Source: Candidatus Woesearchaeota archaeon
GTDB lineage: Archaea; Nanobdellota; Nanobdellia; SCGC-AAA011-G17; GW2011-AR17
Direction of reading: 5' to 3'
NCBI GenBank assembly: GCA_016211095.1
Contig: JACQSW010000090.1
Location: 1 to 29,148 of the forward strand
Length of the DNA stretch: 29,148 nucleotides
Of this stretch, positions 12,204 through 20,271 are shown one piece after another. Numbering within the stretch: position 1 is the first letter of the stretch; the number at the start of each line of letters is the position of its first letter. Position numbers and translations under genes: made by a program. The notes beneath the pieces were generated by a model, which was not told where the DNA came from, did no database searches, and saw nothing but the letters and a program-made list of their open reading frames with translations.

Positions 12204-14006
12204 TTAGTATTTGTTCTCAAGTTTTACTTGAGGGTATATGCATAGTGATCTTAATTCGTCGTATAATAGTTTGAAAGCGTAGCTTATTTCTATAGGAGCG
12301 ATATCAACATTGCCTCCGCATTTTGGGCATGAGGGTTTCTTTTTGAAACTGTCATGTATCGCTAGCATTCCACATTTTTCGCACACATAAACTTCAGTTC
12401 TGTCTGAGTCAAATCTTTCTTTTAGCAATAATGACGCTCCATGAGCAACAAAGCAGTCTTTTTCCATTTCTCCAAGCCTTAATCCTCCGCCTTTGCTTCT
12501 CCCTTCAATTGGCTGCCTTGTTAGGAGCTGTATCCTTCCAGCTGCCCTTGCGTGCAATTTGTTAGCTACCATGTGCTTAAGTTTTAAGTAGTACATATTT
12601 CCGACGAAGATATTTGCTTCGAATTCTTCTCCGGTTATTCCGTTGTACATCCTTTCTGTTCCGTTCTCTCTGAATCCGCGTTCGAGAAGTTCTTTTCTTA
12701 GATCTGTTTCTGCTTCTGCGCTGAAGACGCTTCCGTTAACGAATCTTCCGCTTAGCGCACCAACTTTTCCTGCTATTATTTCGATTAAGTGTGAGATTGT
12801 CATCCTGTTTGGGATGCAGTGTGGTGAGAAGATTATGTCAGGGGTTATTCCAGCTGCGGTGAATGGCATGTCTTCTTGTGGGATTATTGCCCCTATTACT
12901 CCTTTTTGTCCGTGTCTCGATGCAAATTTGTCGCCTACTTCAGGAGTTCTTTGGTCTCTTATTCTTATTTGGATTAGTTTGTTGCCTTCCTCGTTTTCTG
13001 TGAGTACGACCATGTCGACTACACCTTTTTCTCCTTGCCGAATTGTGACCGAGCTTTCTCTTCTGATGTTTGCGGCGATGCTGAATTCTTCAAGCTCTCC
13101 GAGGAATCTTGGTGGAGATGTTTTTCCGATTATGACATTTCCTTCTTCTACTACTGCTTCTGGGAAGATTATTCCATCATCTTCAAGTAGTTTGTAATCT
13201 TCTTCTAGGCGGTAGCCCTTTACTTCTTTGTCAGGTATCCCTATTTCGTCGATTAGCCCCCCTTGATATCTTAATTCGTCAACGCTGTATGGCCTAAAGT
13301 AGAATGATCTGGCAAGCCCTCTTTTGACTGATCCCTCGTTTAGGATTATTGCATCTTGCATGTTGTATCCTTCATGGCTCATTAGGGCTATTACGATGTT
13401 CTGCCCTGATGGGTGTTTATCATATTTGCATACTTCATGCATGAATGATTGAACTATTGGAACTTGAGGGTATTGGAGAACGCTGACATCGGTGTCCATT
13501 CTTAGTAGGTAATTGCTTGCGTATAGCCCTAATGCTTGTTTTTGTGTTTTTGATCCCCTGTTTAGCCTTGAAGACTGCCCGAAATTTGCGTAAGGGACGA
13601 GAGAGGTTACAATTCCAAGAATTGTTATTGGGCTGATTTCGAGGTGGGTGTGTTCTTTTGTGACATATTTATCGGCTAATGCTACATAGGCATCTTCTTC
13701 TTCGCTTGCGTCGAGGTACTCAACTATGCCTTGGTCTTCGAGGTCTTTCCAACTTAATTTTCCTTCTTTGAGAAGTTTGAGGTGTTCCTCTTTTAATTTT
13801 GGAACGCCGTCTTCAACTATGATTAGGGGCCTTCGAGCTCTGCCTGTCCCGGTTGTTATGTGTATGTCATTTAGCTTTTTTTCAAAAGATATGTTTAGGA
13901 GGGGAGGTATTCTTTGTTTTCTTCTTTCGCTCTTTACCGTTTTGACAAATTCTTCAGGGTTTTCTACTGTTCCAACAAATTTTTCGTTTATGAATACGTC
14001 AGCCAT
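12204..14006 (-). CDS. rpoB1: RNA polymerase subunit B' (Rpo2C), 600 aa
   Basis: GDKFASRHGQKG, RQPIEGRSKGGGLRLGEMEKDC and a C-terminal Zn finger (CEKCG...CPKCG). Confidence 0.98.
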   Translation of the reverse strand: MADVFINEKFVGTVENPEEFVKTVKSERRKQRIPPLLNISFEKKLNDIHITTGTGRARRPLIIVEDGVPKLKEEHLKLLKEGKLSWKDLEDQGIVEYLDASEEEDAYVALADKYVTKEHTHLEISPITILGIVTSLVPYANFGQSSRLNRGSKTQKQALGLYASNYLLRMDTDVSVLQYPQVPIVQSFMHEVCKYDKHPSGQNIVIALMSHEGYNMQDAIILNEGSVKRGLARSFYFRPYSVDELRYQGGLIDEIGIPDKEVKGYRLEEDYKLLEDDGIIFPEAVVEEGNVIIGKTSPPRFLGELEEFSIAANIRRESSVTIRQGEKGVVDMVVLTENEEGNKLIQIRIRDQRTPEVGDKFASRHGQKGVIGAIIPQEDMPFTAAGITPDIIFSPHCIPNRMTISHLIEIIAGKVGALSGRFVNGSVFSAEAETDLRKELLERGFRENGTERMYNGITGEEFEANIFVGNMYYLKLKHMVANKLHARAAGRIQLLTRQPIEGRSKGGGLRLGEMEKDCFVAHGASLLLKERFDSDRTEVYVCEKCGMLAIHDSFKKKPSCPKCGGNVDIAPIEISYAFKLLYDELRSLCIYPQVKLENKY

Positions 14007-14008
14007 TT

Positions 14009-16996
14009 TTATTTGAGTTTTAATCCAACCCCTTCAAGTATTTTTTTAGCTCTGTCTTCAGGTATTTCGTCTTGAGTTATTTGGCAAAGCATGCTCAAGT
14101 TTTTTCTTAAACCAATCGGTGTTCCTTCAGGAGTTTCTATTGGGCAATTATGGGTGATGAAGCCATTTGCTATAAATGAATGAGTATTTTCCGCTGTAGT
14201 GAAATCCCTCACATCATCCAAATCCTCGACTTCTTTACACACTATTTTTTCCCATACCGCCCCAGAAGCCCCCAGTTTAGACTCTTTTAGCCATACATCA
14301 TAAGGCAGTAACATGTTTTGAGAAAGCCTTGTATTTTCATATTTGGAAGGCTCAAAAAGCCACCCCTGCACAACCCTATAATTAAGATTTAAAATAGCCG
14401 AAATTTTCTTAGGCTTAACGCCGCCTTTATACAATTTTTTTGCTTCATTTTTTAGGTTGATTCTCTTGTTGACGGCGAAATCGTGTAGCCTTAGCCACTC
14501 CCCAATATAATTTGCTTCCCTCTCTTTTTGTATGCAATACCTGTATCCTATCCTCGTTAATAGGGTTTTAATATTCTTTTGAGATTTTCCAAAAATAATT
14601 TCGCATTTTAGCATAGTTGAGCCATCTTTTCTTAGATAGTCTTCCTTAAGGCGTATATTTTTGATAACGAATCCAAACTCGCCGAATAATTTCTTAATGT
14701 CTTGGGAAAATTTAATGATATTCTCTTTCATATCGGCTCTTTTGTGGAATATTAGGCTGTCAATATGCAGTTTAGAACCGGATTTTCTGTCTATTCTTTT
14801 AGTAAATCTTGGCTTAGGGCCATCTCCGCCAAGCAAAGCGGCTAAAAATTCCCTTTTCGCAGACAGGCTTGCTTTAAGGACCCAACTAGGAAGTTCGACA
14901 TTAACATCAGTTTTTTTACCAACAGGTGCGCCACTACAAACTAGCAAAGCATGTAAGGCCCCACCTTTACTTAACATAAAAGTTTTATAATTCACTATCT
15001 TATCCCCTATTTTTATTCTTGTGTGTTTTTCCATTATTTTCGAAGGCTCAAAGCCCAATAATCTTATATCGTTGGCTATTGCTTCAGCATCTTCTTTAGT
15101 TCCGCAATAAAACTCTAAATTATTTTTTCCGCAATGCCCATCAGAAAAGATGTGCCCTAATAACCTAGCTACTATTTCAATCTTATAGTTGTTTATTGTA
15201 AAAGGGATAAGTTCGTTGGTTTTCAATTGCTTAATGTAATGCTTGAATCTGTTTGGATAATTTTTTACAAGATTCTCTTCGCTTACAATAGCCAAGCCAA
15301 GATTATTTGTTGGAAGCTGAGGCAGTTCGGTACCGTCTAGAGCAGGGTAAACAGCAACCTTATCCCCTGCTTTTAGCTTTGAGGCATCGGTCCATCCGTT
15401 TTCTGTATAGAAAGGATGGTCTTCGGTGGCGGTTACCTCTCTACCACTTTCAGAGATTAATTTGTAAACTTTTTTGCCCATAAGTTTTGGATTTGAGGTA
15501 TAGTAATTAGATATTGAGGAAGACCTTAAACTTTTAGTGGCACTATCAAAACTGCTAACCTTGTGATGACTCCAGCAATTCTGCAATAATTCTAAGGTTC
15601 GATGAGAATATTTATCAGCTAATAACACGCGAGTGTCTTTCTTTAAGCATAACCGCCCCCAATGGGTCGGGTGCAGTTCCCTTGCTTCGAAGTTTTCTTG
15701 TGAAGCTGATAGCATTGAGACAACTCTTTGCAGGTGTGAGGTAGTTGCTAGGAAGTTTATTCTATCAATATTTTGGCTTATTCCTTTTCTTCCACCAACC
15801 CATGACCCTGTTGCCATTGCGCTTTTTATTCGGGAACTGAGTAGTTTGTCCCTTATGATTATCCTTACTGATTGGAATTTGCCTCTTTTGACTAGCCTTT
15901 GGAAGTTGTATATTATGTCGTTTACTAGCAATCTCATGTTTACTCGTAGCAAGTCTGCAAGTAAGTCACCGCTGAGTTTCAGTTTTTTGTTTTTGTAATG
16001 GTCCTTGTCAGGTATGGTCACATTCCTTTTGGAGACCCTTAACATTTTTTTCATTACCTTGCATAAATTGTAAGCCTTGTATAATCTTTCTTTTGGGGTG
16101 ATGCCTATGTGTGGAAGCAGATAGAGGTCAAGTTGTTCAAGTGTTTTTTCTTCTTTAAACTCTTTTGGCTGCAGCATGCCTGCTTTTTTAGATAAGAACT
16201 CAACTGCTTGATTTACTGTCCTTAAGTCTATAGAATTGTAAAGGTTTATGTAGACTTCGTCGTATTCTTCGCCTTCTTCGCAGACCAGATTCATTATTTC
16301 TTGATCTGTTGTTAGCCCCAAGGCTTTTATTACTGCGATTATGGGTATCTTTTTGAATCTAGTGAATGAGATGTAGATTATGCCATCCTTCATTTGTTCT
16401 ATCAAATGGGGTATGCTGTATGAACCTTTTTGTGAGAATAATTTTGCTGTGTAAGGGCTCGGCCCAGTCAAGTTTTTTTGTATAAAAACTTTATTTGTTA
16501 CTAAGTCTTCTACAGTTATTAATACCCTTTCGTTTCCGTTAAGAATAAAATATCCTCCTGGATCAGTTGGGTCTTCTCCGTATTTTATAAGTTCCTCTTC
16601 GTTTAATTCGCTTAGGTGGCACAATTTTGATTTAAGCATGACAGGTAGTTTGCCTATTTGTGCGTTAAAGGATTCTCGCGCTACACCGTCAGAGTATGTA
16701 CTTACGTCAAGTTGCATTGGCGCAGAATAAGTTAACTTTCTTAGTCTCGCTTCTATAGGGAAAATCTTTTTTGTTGAGCCATCAGCTTCAATTAGCTGCG
16801 GCTTGTTTATTGTTATATTATCAAATCTTATTTTGAAGTCTTGCATCTCTGGAGGGATTATTGTTGGAACAATATCTCCTACTTCGTTTACGATTTGTTG
16901 TACTTCCCTGCTTATGAATTTGTTAAATGATTTGATGTTGGACTCTATGAAGGAGTGCTCTTCAAAGTATTTTTTAACTAATAATTCTTTAGTCAT
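14009..16996 (-). CDS. rpoB2: RNA polymerase subunit B'' (Rpo2N) precursor with intein (494-aa extein after splicing)
   Basis: EARLRKLTYSAP, DPGGYFILNGNERV and FEARELHPTHWGRL|CPIETPEG, which is rejoined after removing residues 450-950. Confidence 0.97.
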   Translation of the reverse strand: MTKELLVKKYFEEHSFIESNIKSFNKFISREVQQIVNEVGDIVPTIIPPEMQDFKIRFDNITINKPQLIEADGSTKKIFPIEARLRKLTYSAPMQLDVSTYSDGVARESFNAQIGKLPVMLKSKLCHLSELNEEELIKYGEDPTDPGGYFILNGNERVLITVEDLVTNKVFIQKNLTGPSPYTAKLFSQKGSYSIPHLIEQMKDGIIYISFTRFKKIPIIAVIKALGLTTDQEIMNLVCEEGEEYDEVYINLYNSIDLRTVNQAVEFLSKKAGMLQPKEFKEEKTLEQLDLYLLPHIGITPKERLYKAYNLCKVMKKMLRVSKRNVTIPDKDHYKNKKLKLSGDLLADLLRVNMRLLVNDIIYNFQRLVKRGKFQSVRIIIRDKLLSSRIKSAMATGSWVGGRKGISQNIDRINFLATTSHLQRVVSMLSASQENFEARELHPTHWGRLCLKKDTRVLLADKYSHRTLELLQNCWSHHKVSSFDSATKSLRSSSISNYYTSNPKLMGKKVYKLISESGREVTATEDHPFYTENGWTDASKLKAGDKVAVYPALDGTELPQLPTNNLGLAIVSEENLVKNYPNRFKHYIKQLKTNELIPFTINNYKIEIVARLLGHIFSDGHCGKNNLEFYCGTKEDAEAIANDIRLLGFEPSKIMEKHTRIKIGDKIVNYKTFMLSKGGALHALLVCSGAPVGKKTDVNVELPSWVLKASLSAKREFLAALLGGDGPKPRFTKRIDRKSGSKLHIDSLIFHKRADMKENIIKFSQDIKKLFGEFGFVIKNIRLKEDYLRKDGSTMLKCEIIFGKSQKNIKTLLTRIGYRYCIQKEREANYIGEWLRLHDFAVNKRINLKNEAKKLYKGGVKPKKISAILNLNYRVVQGWLFEPSKYENTRLSQNMLLPYDVWLKESKLGASGAVWEKIVCKEVEDLDDVRDFTTAENTHSFIANGFITHNCPIETPEGTPIGLRKNLSMLCQITQDEIPEDRAKKILEGVGLKLK
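14147..15649 (-). mobile_element. Intein with LAGLIDADG homing endonuclease, 501 aa, in RpoB''
   Basis: Begins CLKKDTRVLL (Cys1) and ends FIANGFITHN before extein Cys+1. Block B is TATEDHPFYT. Endonuclease motifs are RLLGHIFSDG and FLAALLGGDG. Removal restores GRLCPIETPEG. Confidence 0.96.
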
Positions 16997-17222
16997 TTAG
17001 AACCACCCTAAAGAAATCGGATTTGCCTGTTGTTGGGCTTATTCGCGTTATTTTTATTACGTCGCCAGGATTAACGTTTAATTCTTTTATTGCTGGATCG
17101 CTCTTCAAAATTTTTGGCAATTGCCTTAATGCAACGTTATACTTTTCTAATACTTCTTGGATTTCTTTTTCGTCCAGTTTTGTGTGTTTTGGCACCAAAA
17201 TGTGTTCTTGTTCTTTTCCCAT
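16989..17222 (-). CDS. rpoH: RNA polymerase subunit H (Rpo5), 77 aa
   Basis: HILVPKH, QLPKILKSDPA and GDVIKITRISPTTG. Start set to ATG 17222 because the longer ORF runs into tRNA-Lys. Confidence 0.96.
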   Translation of the reverse strand: MGKEQEHILVPKHTKLDEKEIQEVLEKYNVALRQLPKILKSDPAIKELNVNPGDVIKITRISPTTGKSDFFRVVLND

Positions 17223-17251
17223 TTTGTTTCTTTTCTCTCTTTTTCTTTTAA

Positions 17252-17374
17252 AGGACCGGACGGGATTTGAACCCGCGACCACCTGATATCTTCTTTTTTT
17301 GAAGTTAAAAGTTTCACCTTAACAACTTTTTTTTCGTTGTTAACAGGTGCTCTACCAGGCTGAGCTACCGGTCC
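17252..17374 (-). tRNA. tRNA-Lys(TTT) with two introns: 31 nt at 30/31 (17313-17343) and 18 nt at 37/38 (17288-17305)
   Basis: Exons join to GGACCGG TA GCTC AGCCTGGTA GAGC A CCTGA CTTTTAA TCAGG TGGTC GCGGG TTCAAAT CCCGT CCGGTCC, a complete cloverleaf. Both introns show a BHB-type central helix (CACC/GGTG; CTTT/GAAG). No encoded CCA. Confidence 0.88.
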
Positions 17375-17384
17375 GCGTTTGAAA

Positions 17385-17458
17385 CGCCCTGACCGGGATT
17401 CGAACCCGGGTCGTAGCCTCGACAGGGCTACATGATAGGCCAGCTACACCATCAGGGC
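17385..17458 (-). tRNA. tRNA-Asp(GTC), intronless
   Basis: GCCCTGA/TCAGGGC acceptor stem, TAGCC-CTGTCGA-GGCTA anticodon arm, CCGGG-TTCGAAT-CCCGG T arm, discriminator G. Confidence 0.96.
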
Positions 17459-17721
17459 TTGGATAAGAGGCGACCTGAAATTATTTTTGTTTGTGATACT
17501 GCTATTTTTGAATATAAATCTGTTGTGGGAAGTGTAACTTTTTTTAAACTTTGCGCTTAGAACTTGTTTGATTTTGGAGCATGGTAGGATAATCATTTTT
17601 TCTCGGTTTCGATCTTTTTCCGAATGTAACGGCTATCCCTCCATTTTTTGGTTGATTTAAACCTAGCTAGAAGGATTTTACCCTCTTTTTGGAAAATTTA
17701 CTTATTTATAAGCTTTGTGGT

Positions 17722-18207
17722 TCATTTTTTGGGGGTTTTTTGAATGACTTCTTCAACAAGGTCTCTTAACTTTTTTGTTGTTGTATCAAGAACTATGATT
17801 CGATGTTTTAATTCTAACGCTTCATTCAAACAGACATCAAATATTTCTGCATCTAGGTTCTCTCTTATTTTTTCTTCGTTGTATCCCCTTTTTTGTAGGC
17901 GTTTCTTCAAGACTTTTAAATCGCATTTGGTTATTATGCATAAATCCACATATTTTTTTGGGATAAAGTGGGATAGGTGGGAGTCTATAATTAATTCTTT
18001 TTCTTTCTGGATTAGCTCAATAAGGATATTGCTTAATTTTTCTTCGTCAACGATGGCGCAGTTTCTTTTCTCATCGAAGCCTTCTTCTAGTTTGTTTGCT
18101 TTAATTATTTTGTTTACGTCAATATATTTTGCATTAAGTTTTTTGGCTAAAGCCTTTGCTAACGCAGTTTTTCCAGTTCCAGGGGTTCCACTTACACAAA
18201 TTATCAT
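17722..18207 (-). CDS. AK6/Fap7-family (COG1936-type) nucleotide kinase/ATPase, 161 aa
   Basis: P-loop SGTPGTGKT, IIDSHLSH, RLQKRGY and KIRENLDAEI. Confidence 0.9.
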   Translation of the reverse strand: MIICVSGTPGTGKTALAKALAKKLNAKYIDVNKIIKANKLEEGFDEKRNCAIVDEEKLSNILIELIQKEKELIIDSHLSHFIPKKYVDLCIITKCDLKVLKKRLQKRGYNEEKIRENLDAEIFDVCLNEALELKHRIIVLDTTTKKLRDLVEEVIQKTPKK

Positions 18208-18233
18208 CTCAAAACTATTGATTGATAGAAATC

Positions 18234-18241
18234 TTTATAAA
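18234..18241. promoter_or_regulatory. Palindromic TATA box (TTTATAAA) shared by the divergent AK6 and TldD genes
   Basis: The self-complementary octamer lies 26 nt from ATG 18207 (-) and 27 nt from ATG 18269 (+). Confidence 0.6.
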
Positions 18242-18268
18242 TTTTAGTCAAACTAACCATCCATTGTT

Positions 18269-19900
18269 ATGGGGTTGGATATTGTTCTTGAAGCAATGGA
18301 TGAGGAGTTACATCGCTCTAAAAAATTAAAGATTGAGGGTTACAAGGAAAAGCCTTATTTTATTTCTTATTTAGCAAAAGAAATTGAAGAGGTTTCAATA
18401 GAGTCTAGCCACGGTTGCTTAGACACTTCTGAAGTTTGTAAATCTTTAGAGGTTATGGCAACTGTCCATGTTGGAAGCTATAAAGAGGATGGCGTGGGTA
18501 TAGCTTTTGTGAACCTTCCATTACCTGATTTAAAAAAAGGTGATAGGAAGAAAGTGAAGCAGGCTATTAAAACTAAGCTGTGGTCAATAACTGATTCGGC
18601 TTTTAAACAGGCGTTAACGGATTTTTTTTCAAAAAAAAGCCAAGATGTTGAGCGTGTTGTCGATGATAAAGCCAAAATAGCTGATTTTTCTAGAGAAGAT
18701 CCCCATAAGTACCTTGAAAAAGATAAAGAGCTAGTGATTGAAACAACAAAATGGCAGGAAATATTAAGAAAGACGAGTAATGAGATAATGGATTATAAAA
18801 ATGTTTTAGGGGGATCCGTTTCATTTTTAGCGAAAAAAGAAAAAAATTATTTTTTAAGCACCGAAGGAACAAGATTAAGGCATCAAAACATCTATTATAA
18901 TCTTCTTATGGAAGCAACAACGAGGGGCATAGACCTATTGACAAAAAAAGAAGACGGCTCGGTTTTGCTAAACGTAAAAACTTATGACATTGGAAAATAC
19001 AAAGATTTGCCAACCCCTAAACAATTGATAACAGATGTTGAGCAACTCGTAAATGAGCTTATGATGATGCGTGAAGCAGAAAGGTTAACTCCGGGGGTTT
19101 ATCCCGCTATAATATACCAGTGTGTGCACGGATTTTTGTGGCATGAAGTGATAGGTCATAGGCTTGAAAGCCAAAGTGTAAACGAAGCTGAACTTTCAAA
19201 CCCTTTTGAGGGGAGGTTGGGAGAAAAAATAACAAAAGAGTTTATAACGATAGAAATGGATCCGACAAAGAAAGAGTATAAAGGCAAATTTTTGAATGGC
19301 CAATACAAATTTGATGATGAGGGAGTTCCAGCGCAAAAAGTGACTCTAATAAAAAAGGGGGTTTTACAAAATTTCTTAACAACCCGAAAACCGATAAAAC
19401 CAATGAATGGGAAACAGTTCATAAAATCAAATGGCCATGGACGAATAGAGACTATAGGCTATGAGCCAGTTGCGAGAATGAGCACTCTTGTTATAAAATC
19501 AGATAACGAAGTCTCTTACGAAGAGCTAAAGAAAAAGTTGATTCATCTTTGCGTGCAACAAAAAAAGCCTTATGGCTTAATCATTTATGGGGCGTCTGGT
19601 GGGGAAACGGATCTTGTGAACGAATCTTTTGTGCTGTACCCCTCTGTGGCGTATAAAATTGATGCAAGGACAGGCAAAGAAACGCCTATAAGAGGATTTG
19701 AAATTAATGGTACGTCCCTATCGATATTGGAGAATATAGTTGCGACAGATAACAATTATGAGGTGGCTGGCGGTTATTGCGGGGCAGAATCAGGATTAGT
19801 TCCAACAGCTGAAGTTGCGCCTCGAGCTTTAATTAATAACTTAGAAGTAAAAAAGGCTTCGGAAGAGAAGAGTCGCGGGCCAATAATACCCCCTCCATAA
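18269..19900 (+). CDS. TldD/PmbA-family zinc metalloprotease (TldD-like, catalytic), 543 aa
   Basis: HEVIGHRLE (HExxGH), YKFDDEGVPAQ, LIKKGVLQNFLT, NGHGR, ARMSTL and GYCGAESGLVP. Confidence 0.9.
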   Translation: MGLDIVLEAMDEELHRSKKLKIEGYKEKPYFISYLAKEIEEVSIESSHGCLDTSEVCKSLEVMATVHVGSYKEDGVGIAFVNLPLPDLKKGDRKKVKQAIKTKLWSITDSAFKQALTDFFSKKSQDVERVVDDKAKIADFSREDPHKYLEKDKELVIETTKWQEILRKTSNEIMDYKNVLGGSVSFLAKKEKNYFLSTEGTRLRHQNIYYNLLMEATTRGIDLLTKKEDGSVLLNVKTYDIGKYKDLPTPKQLITDVEQLVNELMMMREAERLTPGVYPAIIYQCVHGFLWHEVIGHRLESQSVNEAELSNPFEGRLGEKITKEFITIEMDPTKKEYKGKFLNGQYKFDDEGVPAQKVTLIKKGVLQNFLTTRKPIKPMNGKQFIKSNGHGRIETIGYEPVARMSTLVIKSDNEVSYEELKKKLIHLCVQQKKPYGLIIYGASGGETDLVNESFVLYPSVAYKIDARTGKETPIRGFEINGTSLSILENIVATDNNYEVAGGYCGAESGLVPTAEVAPRALINNLEVKKASEEKSRGPIIPPP

Positions 19901-19922
19901 AAGTTTCCATCAACATTGCCCG

Positions 19923-20267
19923 TTAATATTTGGTTATTCTTAAGTTGTTGCCTTCTTGTTTTACAACGCTGAAAACTCCGGCTACATGCTTGAAGTACCT
20001 CTTTGCCCTCCTTGCCTGCTCCTTTATTCTTCTTTTTGCTTTAGTTGTTGTGCTTGTGGTTACTTCAACAATATAGGGTTGGCCGTATGTATTCCACAAA
20101 ACGAGGTCCACTTGCCCTAATTTTCTTCCATCGCTGAGGTAGGGTACTTCTTCCTTGTAGGAGATTATTTTCTCTAATGCTAGAACACCAGGGTTGTCGA
20201 TGATGCTTCTTTTTAATGCTTCATGCTCCGCGAAGGAGCCGTTGCATTTATGCCGCGACCTATGCAT
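19923..20267 (-). CDS. Small PD-(D/E)xK-fold nuclease-like protein, 114 aa
   Basis: EEVPY...GQVDLVL...YIVEVTT...EQARRAKRYF follows the E...D-x(n)-E-x-K plus Q-xxx-Y layout, but has Thr at the Lys position. Confidence 0.55.
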   Translation of the reverse strand: MHRSRHKCNGSFAEHEALKRSIIDNPGVLALEKIISYKEEVPYLSDGRKLGQVDLVLWNTYGQPYIVEVTTSTTTKAKRRIKEQARRAKRYFKHVAGVFSVVKQEGNNLRITKY

Positions 20268-20271
20268 GAAT

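Noticed and set aside
17223-17282. N-terminal extension of RpoH in the ORF track (MVAGSNPVRS...)
   Set aside because: It is a translation of the tRNA-Lys T arm. The real start is ATG 17222.
17281-17350. Reading the split tRNA as Asn (GTT) or Ile (GAT) with one intron
   Set aside because: Neither reading gives a 5-bp anticodon stem with a 7-nt loop. Only the two-intron Lys(TTT) join does.
17590-17725. Basic open frame (...KKWRDSRYIRKK...) and a tiny MNHKAYK ORF after AK6
   Set aside because: The longer frame has no start codon, and there is no recognisable homology to support a pseudogene.
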